A DNA stretch of 62,779 nt, counting the filler, from Candidatus Tectimicrobiota bacterium (lineage in GTDB: Bacteria > JACPSX01): NCBI GenBank assembly GCA_016193065.1. It is 7 parts of 7 records of this genome, joined end to end, with 100 filler letters (N's around TTAATTAATTAA, not from the genome) between each part and the next. Parts side by side here need not be neighbours in the genome. Positions count along the whole stretch, not along the records: positions 44,064 to 48,999 come from JACPSX010000088.1; positions 49,100 to 52,826 come from JACPSX010000089.1; positions 52,927 to 57,660 come from JACPSX010000129.1; 4 more parts are not named here. One strand, given 5' to 3'. The position numbers were made by a program, and so were the translations under genes. Positions 47,679 to 57,760 of this stretch are shown piece by piece. Below the pieces are notes generated by a model. The model made no database searches. It saw nothing but the letters and a program-made list of their open reading frames with translations, and was not told the origin of the DNA. Positions within the stretch are counted from its first letter, which is position 1. Each line of letters opens with the position of its first letter.

Positions 47679-47703
47679 ATCCGCCCGCTTGCTCAGATTG
47701 GTT
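47679..47703 (-). promoter_or_regulatory. putative ECF promoter (AAC-N17-CGGAT) upstream of the repeat protein
   Basis: matches the motif upstream of the ECF sigma gene. Confidence 0.45.
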
Positions 47704-47861
47704 GGGATTTTCCGAAATCAGGTGCATCGCACCTGTGGCAGGACCTGAGGACCTATTCCGGAGAAGGACGGCCTGTGGGGACCGTTTTGGACATGGGTTT
47801 CTGATGAACTCGGCGGGGTGTTACACTCGCAGATCGGATTCGCTCCCCGCTTTTTGAGGCT

Positions 47862-48137
47862 TTATCCCGTTTTCTGCTCCGGGTTCTCCTGCCTTGCGGT
47901 CTTCAGCGTCTTGAGACCGCTCCGCAAGAAAAAGACGAAGACCGCTGTAAGAACGAGAAACGCGGTCCAGAAGTTCTGGGTCAAAAAGCCGGCCACACCG
48001 GTACCTGCCAGCAGGATCAGGAAAACCGGCAGATGGCATGGACAGGTCAGGGCCGCCCCGGCCAGCAGGAGATAACCCCTGAAGGTTCTCCTCTCAGCTC
48101 CTGCTGACGTGGGTTTCTGTTTGACCAGAATGTTCAT
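47862..48137 (-). CDS. merE: MerE-like mercury transporter
   Basis: LTCPCHLP....LAGT..AGFL; downstream of merA. Confidence 0.78.
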   Translation of the reverse strand: MNILVKQKPTSAGAERRTFRGYLLLAGAALTCPCHLPVFLILLAGTGVAGFLTQNFWTAFLVLTAVFVFFLRSGLKTLKTARQENPEQKTG

Positions 48138-48582
48138 CGCCGGGGTACCTTCCCTTACGATCCAGGGACCGGTTGTGGCATTTTCCCGTCCTGACAGCCC
48201 AAAAGGAGGCCACGAGGAGGAGGATCAGACCCCCGGCCAACAGGATCCGAAACAGCGTCACGTCGAGCGCTTGATAAAACGGGAAGAGGAGGATTCCGGC
48301 ACCTGCAATGCCCGGGAGTAATGGATACCCGTTTCGGTTCCGATAGGCCTGGGCGGCAAGACTCGCCAGCGTGCCTCCGATGCCAAGGTAGAGCACTGGG
48401 GTTGCAATAGATGGGTCTTCCAGAAAGCCAAGGCCCACGCCGGAAAGGAGAGTCAGGCCGGACGCTACGAAGGCCGGAGCACAGCAGCCCAGGGAGACTC
48501 CAGTTCCGAGCAGCGTCCCGGCTAGGCCGAAAAAACCCATGTGAGGCTTTTTCAGGATCCGCAAATGCCAAAGCAAGACCAT
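48094..48582 (-). CDS. MerC-like mercury transporter
   Basis: SLGCCAP, L.GVGLGFL, about four TM helices, between merA and merE. Confidence 0.62.
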   Translation of the reverse strand: MVLLWHLRILKKPHMGFFGLAGTLLGTGVSLGCCAPAFVASGLTLLSGVGLGFLEDPSIATPVLYLGIGGTLASLAAQAYRNRNGYPLLPGIAGAGILLFPFYQALDVTLFRILLAGGLILLLVASFWAVRTGKCHNRSLDRKGRYPGDEHSGQTETHVSRS

Positions 48583-48586
48583 ATTC

Positions 48587-48999
48587 CTACACCGCGCAGC
48601 AGGAGAGCTTCGTCACGTCTTTGTCGAACGTAAGGGCGGCCAGTTTGAGCCCCTCGACCATGGTGAGATAGGGGTGGAAAGTCTCCACCAGGTCCTGAAC
48701 CCGCAGGCCGAACCTTACAGCCAGCGTGGCGGCCTGGATTACCTCCCCCGCCTGATCTGCCAAAACATGGGCGCCGAGGAGCTTACCCGTTCCCTCGTCA
48801 GCCACGAGCTTGATGAGCCCTCGGGTGTCCCGCGCCGCCAGCGCGCGGGGGACGTCCTTGAGATGCAGCACCGCCGTCTTGACCCGCTTGCCCTGGGCCC
48901 GGGCTGTAGCCTCGGTGAGTCCTACGCTAGCCACCTGTGGATCCGTGAAGATCACGTGGGGGAGCGCGGAGAGATCATAGACCCGCCCAGCCCCGGTCA
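48587..48999 (-). CDS. merA: mercuric reductase, C-terminal part (5'-truncated)
   Basis: [53 protein letters not shown]. Confidence 0.95.
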
Positions 49000-49099
49000 N
49001 NNNNNNNNNNNNNNNNNNNNNNNNNNNNNNNNNNNNNNNNNNNTTAATTAATTAANNNNNNNNNNNNNNNNNNNNNNNNNNNNNNNNNNNNNNNNNNNN
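49000..49099. other. artificial contig-join linker
   Basis: N44-TTAATTAATTAA-N44. Confidence 0.98.
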
Positions 49100-49107
49100 A
49101 AGCAGGC

Positions 49108-49352
49108 AGTCGGGTACGAAGGGGAGGGCTGGCCCGTAATTGTTATTCCGGGTTTGACCCGGATCCAGTTTTTGGGCTGGATTCCCGCTTCCGCGGGAAC
49201 GACGGATTCGGAACTAATGTAAAGAAGCGTTGGACGCACTACATTAGGAAATCCCTCCGTTCATCCTTCGACACGCTCAGGACGAAGGGAGGAGTTGAAG
49301 GGCTCACTACGAACGGAAGTACTATGAGGGACCCCTCACCCGCACCCTCTCC
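49108..49352 (+). repeat. composite REP-rich direct repeat, copy 1 (copy 2 at 50323-50569)
   Basis: shared GGTACGAAGGGGA, GTAATTGTTATTCCGGGTTTGACCCGGA, TTCGGAACTAATGTAAAGAAGCGTTGGACGC, CCGTTCATCC, GGGACCCCTCACCCGC. Confidence 0.85.
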
Positions 49353-49435
49353 CCCTCCGGGGGCGAGGGAATTCAAAGAGATCCTCCCCCGTCAGGGGAG
49401 GAGATAATAAACGGGAGAGGGGAGGTGAAGCGGGG

Positions 49436-49675
49436 TTAGGTGACGCGCGACTTGTCCTTTGCCCCCCCAACCGGTGTGGTACGGGAGCCCTCGGCGGGCC
49501 GGGGCGGGCGTCGCACCGGGTGCCTCCCTGCCGCCGCTTGATGGGAGCGCAATAGCTCGCACAGGGCGTGTAGATCGTAGCCCACCTGGGCGAGCAGCTC
49601 CTGGCGGGCAGCTCGCACCTCCGCCACGATGGGATCCTGCCAGGGGCGGTCTTTGTCTCGACTGCGCTCAGACAT
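49436..49675 (-). CDS. small protein coupled to the PIN toxin (putative antitoxin)
   Basis: WQDPIVAEVRAARQEL...GYDL; GGAGGAAGGAG RBS; stop lies inside ACCTAAC (attC R''-like). Confidence 0.7.
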   Translation of the reverse strand: MSERSRDKDRPWQDPIVAEVRAARQELLAQVGYDLHALCELLRSHQAAAGRHPVRRPPRPAEGSRTTPVGGAKDKSRVT

Positions 49676-50099
49676 CTCCTTCCTCCTCCCCCAGTAACTC
49701 ATCTGGGGTGCACAAGACGGGTGGCTCATAGCCCGCCGTGCGGCACGCACGCTCCACTAGAGGCCGGCACTCTGCGTTCGCGATGTGCGTTACATTCCAC
49801 GTCATGAGGTACTCAACCCCTTGGGACGCGGCGATCGCAATGTGGAGCGCGTCCGCCCGAGCACTCACGGGCAGGCTGGCACCGCGCAAGATCTCGTCGG
49901 CCAGGCTCTCGGCCAAGGGCGTGATGTCCAAGGTCTCGATACCCTCAAGAATCCCCGCTCGGCGACTCGCCGCCTCCGGATCACCGACCGCACACTCGAG
50001 GTGCACAAGCTCTGAGACCACCACTTCGAAGTCGCCCCGTCGGGTCTCCCACCACCGGTGGGTGATGATCGACGTCTCAAGGTACACGCTCTTCGCCAT
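49668..50099 (-). CDS. PIN-domain (VapC-like) toxin with an apparent in-frame deletion
   Basis: SVYLETSII^THRWWE, SELV..E...GD, DALHIA.A...G.EYL.TWN..HIAN, TPDEL. Confidence 0.85.
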   Translation of the reverse strand: MAKSVYLETSIITHRWWETRRGDFEVVVSELVHLECAVGDPEAASRRAGILEGIETLDITPLAESLADEILRGASLPVSARADALHIAIAASQGVEYLMTWNVTHIANAECRPLVERACRTAGYEPPVLCTPDELLGEEEGDV

Positions 50100-50159
50100 C
50101 GCCTGGCTCTATTCTACCACGACGTCGCGAGTATCGCCCACGGTAGTGACTCACCTGAC

Positions 50160-50298
50160 GTATAACGGTTTATCCCTAATGCCGAAGGCGGAAAAGGAGC
50201 TACGGTCTCTCTCCCCCTCGGGGGCATTGGGGTTAAAACGCGTTGGACTAAACCGCTGAGCGAGAATCTACTGCTTCCTATGGGAATTGTAAAGCGGG
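50160..50298 (-). repeat. second copy of the IS91-like terminal hairpin sequence
   Basis: reverse complement aligns with 7061-7198 (CCGCTTTACAATTCCCATAGGAAGCAGTAG..CGCTCAGCGGTTTAGTCCAAC..GGGATAAACCGTTATAC). Confidence 0.75.
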
Positions 50299-50322
50299 AA
50301 GGCGATGGAGGAGGATGCAGGA

Positions 50323-50569
50323 AGTCCGGTACGAAGGGGAAGGTTGGCCGGTAATTGTTATTCCGGGTTTGACCCGGACCCAGTTTTTAGGCTGGATCCC
50401 CACTCACCGATTACTACTTTCGTGGACAAACTTCGCGAGAATGACGGCTTCGGAACTAATGTAAAGAAGCGTTGGACGCGCTAACACCAGGAAAACGTTC
50501 CGTTCATCCGGTTCGACAGGCTCACCACGAACGGAAGGTATCTTGGGACCCCTCACCCGCGCCCTCTCC
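50323..50569 (+). repeat. composite REP-rich direct repeat, copy 2
   Basis: aligns with 49108-49352. Confidence 0.85.
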
Positions 50570-50687
50570 GCACCCACAGGGTACCCGAGGGCAAGGGGAT
50601 TTGAGCATAGTAAGCTTCCGAGGGACGCCTCACCCTGGTCCTTTCACCCCCACCTTCATCCTCCCCCATAAGGGGGAGGAGATAAAA

Positions 50688-51209
50688 TTAGAGGCCCAGG
50701 GCCTCCTTGATACTGGCGCGGGACCGCAGGGTATTCGCGTAGCGCCGCAGGCCCAGCAGATACTCCTTTCCTTCGAGCTCTTGATCCAGCACTTTCAGGT
50801 GGTCCAGGATCTCGCGGCGCTTGGTTTCCAGGAGTCCCGTATCCCGTTCCCCTTCGGGCTTCTGGAACTCCAGGCGATACGCGGTGTATGGAATGTTCAA
50901 GTGATGGTCGAAGAAATCCATGAGGATCCGCATCTTGGCCCGGCGGGCCGGATCCGTGGGGCGCAGGGCCGGAGTGGGATACTTCTCGTCGAGGTACTCG
51001 TTGATAATCGCCGATTCGTAAAGCACGGCGTCCCCGTCGACAAAAACCGGGACCTGGCCGTAGGGGCAAAGCTTCAAGTATTCCGGGGTACGTGCTTCCC
51101 CCTTGCGGATGTCCGTGGGAATCTTCTCATAGGGAAGTTTCTTCTCGGCCAACACGATCCGCACCCGCTGGCAATAGGGACTGCCGTCGTAATCGTATAG
51201 CTTGATCAT
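50688..51209 (-). CDS. glutathione S-transferase family protein (C-terminal segment apparently deleted in frame)
   Basis: SPYCQRVRIVLAEK, P.GQVP.F.DG, LYESAIINEYLDEKYP, YLLG^LRRY (F(S/T)LAD motif absent). Confidence 0.88.
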   Translation of the reverse strand: MIKLYDYDGSPYCQRVRIVLAEKKLPYEKIPTDIRKGEARTPEYLKLCPYGQVPVFVDGDAVLYESAIINEYLDEKYPTPALRPTDPARRAKMRILMDFFDHHLNIPYTAYRLEFQKPEGERDTGLLETKRREILDHLKVLDQELEGKEYLLGLRRYANTLRSRASIKEALGL

Positions 51210-51219
51210 CTCTATCCTC

Positions 51220-52674
<1,455 letters not shown>

Positions 52675-52826
52675 GTCCGATCCTCCCCTCTCCAACAGCG
52701 CCGAGAAGCTATCCGTTCACCCTTCGACCGGGTACCCGGTTTCCGGGTGAGGGCGGACGGAAGAGAAGTCAGCGCAATGATCATTTTCCGTTCGTGGTGA
52801 GCTAGTCGAACCACGAAAAGGACGTT

Positions 52827-52926
52827 NNNNNNNNNNNNNNNNNNNNNNNNNNNNNNNNNNNNNNNNNNNNTTAATTAATTAANNNNNNNNNNNNNNNNNN
52901 NNNNNNNNNNNNNNNNNNNNNNNNNN
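52827..52926. other. artificial contig-join linker
   Basis: N44-TTAATTAATTAA-N44. Confidence 0.98.
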
Positions 52927-52960
52927 CCCGATCCACGCCTTCATCCGCAAGCAGGTTCAC
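52927..52960 (-). CDS. start of a DUF5615 PIN-like toxin, cut by the contig end
   Basis: GTG start overlapping the DUF433 stop; MNLLADEGVDR. Confidence 0.65.
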
Positions 52961-53193
52961 GCTGACGGCGCGCCCACTGGGTAGACCGCTTCACCCCGAA
53001 GCGCCTGGGCAGCGAACCGCAGGGCGGCTAGGATTGCCTCACGGGTCAGGCGCGGGTGGGACTCCAGCACCTGCTCGATGGATTCGCCGCTACCTAGCTT
53101 TTCCAGGATAAGCTCAACGGTGACGCGGGTTCCGGCAATCACCGGTTTGCCCATCATGACCTTGGGGTCCGAGATGATCAGGGACTCACCCAT
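52957..53193 (-). CDS. DUF433-family antitoxin
   Basis: I.SDP.VM.GKPVI.GTRVTVELIL..L..G.S.E.VL..HP.LT.E.I.AAL.FA. Confidence 0.92.
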   Translation of the reverse strand: MGESLIISDPKVMMGKPVIAGTRVTVELILEKLGSGESIEQVLESHPRLTREAILAALRFAAQALRGEAVYPVGAPSA

Positions 53194-53509
53194 TGCCCAC
53201 CTCCTGAAGCCAATCTATCACATCTCCGACGTAACGAATAAGTTTCTTTCCGGAGTCTCCTGCCGAAATGACGCTTGGCAACCTGCAGCCCGAGATTCCG
53301 GGAAGAAACTGTTGAACAAAACCGCTTGCCCAATTATGGGAATTGTATCACGCGAAGGGCTTCCAAGGAAGGTGCCGCCAGTGGTTGGTCAGTAGCGTCA
53401 ATTACGCGACCCTGACCCCTATGCGCCCTATCGACCCCGAACTTCTATCACCAATCCCATGAGACCCCGCTCTCGAACGAGCCAATCAGCAGTGCTCAGC
53501 TTTGAATGA

Positions 53510-53680
53510 TACCGACACCAAGCCAAAAAATTCGACGAGTGTTTCGAAGCCGACTGAGATAACAGACTGAGGTATCCTTGTCGATCGTCAGCGGAGAAAA
53601 GCAAATCCACTCTGCGCGCGCCTGCGCTACACCACGTGATGCGGGAAATCCGGTACCACCACTCGGGAAATCCTCGCCAT
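53510..53680 (-). pseudogene. REP-associated tyrosine (Y1) transposase N-terminal remnant
   Basis: MARISRVVVPDFPHHVV*R then (fs) FSADDRQGYLSLL....LAWC. Confidence 0.7.
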
Positions 53681-53758
53681 GACTGGAGCCTTTGCCACTG
53701 TCTCATGTCATCTGTCAATTGCTGTATACTGTCCCCGGAATTCCAGTCCCCTATGCAG

Positions 53759-53833
53759 GTCGAACGCTCAGCTTAACCGGCGGGCTTTGGAGCGCAGCGG
53801 AAAAGCTGGTCCGAGTTGAAGCTGTTGTTAGAT
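53759..53833 (-). mobile_element. integron attC site
   Basis: minus strand ATCTAAC-aacag-CTTCAAC...GGTTAAG-ctgagc-GTTCGAC, 4 nt after the stop of the upstream ORF. Confidence 0.85.
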
Positions 53834-53837
53834 GACA

Positions 53838-54524
53838 TTAGAATCCGCCTCTCACTTGTGCCCCTAACCATGCTCCGTACATAAACACTGGGATAAAGCC
53901 GAATATTGCCCCGATTGGAAACATAATGAGTTGGCCTAAACCCTCTTGAGCCATGTCGATTGCCGTTACTATAAGTGCTGCTACCATCATGCCTATCCAC
54001 GACATGACGCCACCAATTACGAGCAACCCTACCGAGAACCAAAATCCCGGAACAAAGTCTATGCGCCCTTTAACCACGCCCGGGTTAATTGAGTCGAGCA
54101 GGCCAAGAACAAACATCAGGGCGATACCACCAAGGACAAGGGTATGAAGTGATTGCAGGCGCCCAAGAATTGGTATGAATGCTAGAACGATCGCGGCGAC
54201 AACAAGCACACCCACCAATTTGAAGAATGCCCCCGGAGCTAGCGTTATAACTTTCCAAGGAAAACTCCCAGCGGCTTCGCCGGAAAAACCGAAAATAACC
54301 GGCGCCAAGGTTAGAACGAAAACAGCCATAGCAGCTACCTGCAACACGGGCAGGAAAAACATGCTGAGGCATCCCACAGCACCACCAATACGTTCATTTT
54401 TCTCCATAATCATCCCAATGACGATCATCGGGATGAAGAAAATGGCAAGGTATTCAAGTCCAGCGACGTACGTCTGCCAGTACGTAAGAACTTTCAGGCC
54501 AGCCACCACAGAGTCCCAAAACAT
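53838..54524 (-). CDS. multi-TM hypothetical protein (integron gene cassette)
   Basis: AAGGGAG RBS, MFWDSVV start, several TM helices, lower GC than flanks, followed by attC. Confidence 0.8.
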   Translation of the reverse strand: MFWDSVVAGLKVLTYWQTYVAGLEYLAIFFIPMIVIGMIMEKNERIGGAVGCLSMFFLPVLQVAAMAVFVLTLAPVIFGFSGEAAGSFPWKVITLAPGAFFKLVGVLVVAAIVLAFIPILGRLQSLHTLVLGGIALMFVLGLLDSINPGVVKGRIDFVPGFWFSVGLLVIGGVMSWIGMMVAALIVTAIDMAQEGLGQLIMFPIGAIFGFIPVFMYGAWLGAQVRGGF

Positions 54525-54649
54525 CGCTGTTCTCCCTTTTTTCGTCCGAAAAATACCGCCAGTCTGGCAGCCTACCCGGCTATCGGCCCGCAGCCTATTT
54601 CCGGGCGAGCCGTGCGAAAGCCTCTCCAATCCNNNNNNNNNNNNNNNNN

Positions 54650-55310
54650 AATCCGAGCTGATCCGCAGGGCTGTAGACCCCACGACCGCCCCGATTCAAG
54701 ACATGGGTGTAAATCGTGGTGCTCACGTCCTTGTGTCCTAACAGCCCCTGAACCGTCAGGATGTCGTAGTTGTCTTCCAGCAAGTGGGTGGCAAACGAGT
54801 GGCGCGGTGGGCGTTGGGATACTTGGGCTCAAGTGCATCGGGTAAGGCAACACGGCCTGGCTGATAATGGCTTGCTCACCCCCACCCCGACCCTCCCCCA
54901 TCGGAGACTGTGTCATAAGTCCGTTCATGGTTCGACAGGCTCACCACGAACGGACAAGGAGACCCAGAAATTCCATCACTTAACCGTTCGTCCTGAGCTC
55001 GTCGAAGGGCGAACGGCGGATTGCGACACAATCTCTCGAGGGGGAGGGATTCTTAATTTCTCGCTCCCCTCTATGAGGAGGGATTCGCAATTTGTTCCCG
55101 TCTCTCCACTGAGAGGGAGGGGTGGGGGATATTTTCGTGATGCGAGGAATTGGCCGATCTCTGCTTCGCCCATCTCGGCGGGGTAGCGCTTGTTGTGGAA
55201 AAAGATGAAACGCTTAATCCAGTGGACATACGCCTTTTCGGTCCTGTAGCTGTAATGGCGCGTGCGGATCGCCTGGCGGACCTGGTCCAGCGGCTTCGGC
55301 TGCCGGCCAC
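54650..55310 (-). pseudogene. intI: integron integrase remnant
   Basis: LDQVRQAIRTRHYSYRTEKAYVHWIKRFIFFH.KR.P.EMG (55140-55310); IntI-specific [14 protein letters not shown] and RHSFATHLL...[30 protein letters not shown] (54650-54860); the middle is replaced by REP arrays. Confidence 0.9.
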
Positions 55311-55694
55311 GGGGTGACACTGTGGTCGGATGAAAATGAGAACTGCCCGAGGCCACCATGGCTTTGCCCTCCCCTTCGCCAGACAGGGAGTGTTTCGGAG
55401 CAGACTGCCTATTGTGTGCACAGGTGAGATGGCACAAGAATAAGCCCGGCCTGCTACGGGAGTCAAGGAAAAAGAGGCAGCCTTCCGGCTACCTGCGAAA
55501 CGGGGTTCGGCCATGACTCCTGGCGGTCGGCAGGGTCCAGAAGGCGTGCTTGTAATGGTAGCCGGCCAGGAAATGCCGCCGCAGGGGGGCAAATCCGGTG
55601 ACTTGGACGATCTCATTTCTTAAAAAGTTCGCCGTGCGTGCCGGTCCGTTCAAGTCGAAGTGAGTCTCTTTCTGCCTGGTCTGCGAGACCTTCT

Positions 55695-55952
55695 TCATTT
55701 CTCCCAATTCTTGAACATGGCCTCTAAAGAATCGAATTCCTGAAGGTCTTCGCCGCGACGGCTCTTCTCCAGAGTGGACACCGTAAGCTCGTTTGGAATC
55801 ACGACCGGGAAAGGCAGACCGCCCCGAAGGGATATTTGTCTGTAGAAGATACGGATAGCCTCCGCTGGAGTAAGGCCAAGTTTTCGAAGGACCTCTTCCG
55901 CCTTTTGCTTCGTTTTCGGTTCTATGCGGACGTGGACGACCGAAGTTTTCAT
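55695..55952 (-). CDS. RelB/DinJ-family antitoxin (cognate YafQ-like toxin truncated after about 9 codons)
   Basis: V.VRIE...K..AE.VL..LGLT..EAIRIF..QI....GLPF.V.IPN..T; ATGA-coupled MKKVSQTRQ then unrelated sequence. Confidence 0.88.
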   Translation of the reverse strand: MKTSVVHVRIEPKTKQKAEEVLRKLGLTPAEAIRIFYRQISLRGGLPFPVVIPNELTVSTLEKSRRGEDLQEFDSLEAMFKNWEK

Positions 55953-56087
55953 GGTTTTACTGTGTTACATTCGCAACACAGATGCAAGGTTTTTTCCATT
56001 TAGCCCGAGATGCGGGAGTAGCGGCGGGCGATGGCGACCAGAATCGCCGAGACCAGGCTCACCAGTGTCGGGTTAGGCCGCGTCTGC

Positions 56088-56489
56088 CTAGGGGAAAAGG
56101 CCGATTCGCATCCACTGCTGCCGCGCCGCTACCTGTGCCGCGCTGTTCATCCCCAAGCGAGCCACCGTTGCCCGGCCGATTGCGGTACGGCCCGCAATCT
56201 CTCCGCTCTCGGTAACGATCTGGAAATGGCTCTCCCACTGATCTTCCCGTGGATGGAACAGACGGACTGCCGCATGGCTCTCGGGATCACTGCCGTTGAC
56301 GTGGCTGGCTTTATAGAGATTGCAGGCGCGGCAGGCCAGCGCCCAGTTCACTGCGGCATCGTCCCCACCACCGGAGATAGGGACGATGTGTTCGATTTCA
56401 AATGGAAAGTTGAACGCGGCTTCCGGCGCATGGCAATACTCACACCGATGTCCGGCCCGGAGCGCCACCTGGGCATAGCGCGGGTTCAT
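56088..56489 (-). CDS. HNH endonuclease
   Basis: RAGHRCEYC, EIEHIVP.S.GG...N.ALACRACN..K, LFHPR..W..HF, GRAT...L.MN. Confidence 0.9.
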   Translation of the reverse strand: MNPRYAQVALRAGHRCEYCHAPEAAFNFPFEIEHIVPISGGGDDAAVNWALACRACNLYKASHVNGSDPESHAAVRLFHPREDQWESHFQIVTESGEIAGRTAIGRATVARLGMNSAAQVAARQQWMRIGLFP

Positions 56490-56848
56490 CGCCCCAAGGC
56501 ATCAGCAAGTGCGGAAGTCCGAGCTGCCGCCGCGCGTAACTCCGCTTCAATCAACGCCTCCAGCTCAGTCTGCTCATCAATAGGCAGGGATTGCCCCTGG
56601 TCTCGCGCGGTCCGCCAGCGGGCCATCAGCGTGGCTAGTCGCTCCTGCTGAGCCGCCGTGAAGAAGCGGTCTGGGCGCAGGCTTTGTACAATGACCAGCG
56701 TAGTCGCCTCGTCCGCAGATAATTGTGCTGTGAGGGCGTCCAACGCTTGCCCAGCCGTTTTGCCCTGTGCGTGCTTCGCACCAGCTATGGCATGGTAGGA
56801 AAGGGCGCCTTGCTCGGTTGGTATAGGCAAGATGGCTACCTTTGTCAT
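56486..56848 (-). CDS. hypothetical protein coupled to the HNH nuclease (putative antitoxin)
   Basis: AGGAGG RBS, GKTAGQALDAL, PDRFF...QQ.RL..LM..WR; ATGA overlap. Confidence 0.7.
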   Translation of the reverse strand: MTKVAILPIPTEQGALSYHAIAGAKHAQGKTAGQALDALTAQLSADEATTLVIVQSLRPDRFFTAAQQERLATLMARWRTARDQGQSLPIDEQTELEALIEAELRAAAARTSALADALGR

Positions 56849-57096
56849 GGGGATGACCTCCTGCTGATCATTGTAACACGTTCGAGCACTGTTTTCTCCC
56901 GTCAAAGGTTTTACCCATCCACATATTGCGACACATTCGCCTGCGGAGCAGAGATGCCTGCCTGTGCGTCGCACGCAGACAGACGCCGCGGCGCAGGCAG
57001 GGGTGGGGGGCAATTCATGAGGCCTATCCCTCTCATGGCTCGCCTCTACCACCCTCAAACAAGAATTAGATTGTTAAATGCCTCATCCCATTCTGA

Positions 57097-57247
57097 TTAC
57101 TCGATGACATCGTGGGTACCAACACGGAGGAGAATGTAGGTGTCTCCTTCGGGCGTGAATGTGAACCGGTACTGGAGTGTAACGCGGCCCTCCCAGCGGT
57201 TTTCGTACCCTCTCAATTCGAAACTGCTCCGTGGGCTGAAGTTTCAT
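57097..57247 (-). pseudogene. RelE/YafQ-like toxin with a frameshifting internal deletion
   Basis: MKLQPTEQF then (fs) GYENRWEGRVTLQYRFTF....YILLRVGTHDVIE; 151 nt. Confidence 0.72.
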
Positions 57248-57660
57248 GCGTGGGCGCCAGACTTCTTCAGCCCCTCCTTGAATGCCTCGACTGTGGCGAA
57301 TGGCCCCCGGAGCCTACCGGCGCGGCGGTCCGCTTCGGCGGCGCGTTCTCCCTTCTGCCAAGCTTCGGTCCACCAGTACTTCTGGTCGGGATCGATAAGG
57401 CCGGCCTTGGCCGCCACCCGGGCTTCTTCCTCTGTAAGGCCCTTGGCGTGGCTCATATCTTGCTGGATACGTTCAATCTTTGCCTTGGCCCGGGCGAGTA
57501 TTCGCTGCTCGGCAGGAGTTAGGCGAGAGGCTGGAGCCTTTGCGGCCAGCTGCTTGGGGGTGAGGACGATGCGACCGCCCTCGGCAGTTGCTTCCAGAAA
57601 ATCTCCCACATCGAGGTCCAGAGTCTCGAAAACGTCCTTGGGAATGGTGACCTGGTGCTT
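57244..57660 (-). CDS. AbrB/MazE/SpoVT-domain antitoxin, 5'-truncated
   Basis: KHQVTIPK.V...L.L.VGDFLE....GRIVLTP, IDPDQ.YWWT..WQ.GER.A..D. Confidence 0.85.
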   Translation of the reverse strand, partial: KHQVTIPKDVFETLDLDVGDFLEATAEGGRIVLTPKQLAAKAPASRLTPAEQRILARAKAKIERIQQDMSHAKGLTEEEARVAAKAGLIDPDQKYWWTEAWQKGERAAEADRRAGRLRGPFATVEAFKEGLKKSGAHA

Positions 57661-57760
57661 NNNNNNNNNNNNNNNNNNNNNNNNNNNNNNNNNNNNNNNN
57701 NNNNTTAATTAATTAANNNNNNNNNNNNNNNNNNNNNNNNNNNNNNNNNNNNNNNNNNNN
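57661..57760. other. artificial contig-join linker
   Basis: N44-TTAATTAATTAA-N44. Confidence 0.98.

Noticed and set aside
55430-55446. Sigma54 promoter TGGCAC near the intI remnant
   Set aside because: The -12 TTGC element is missing and no suitably oriented gene follows.
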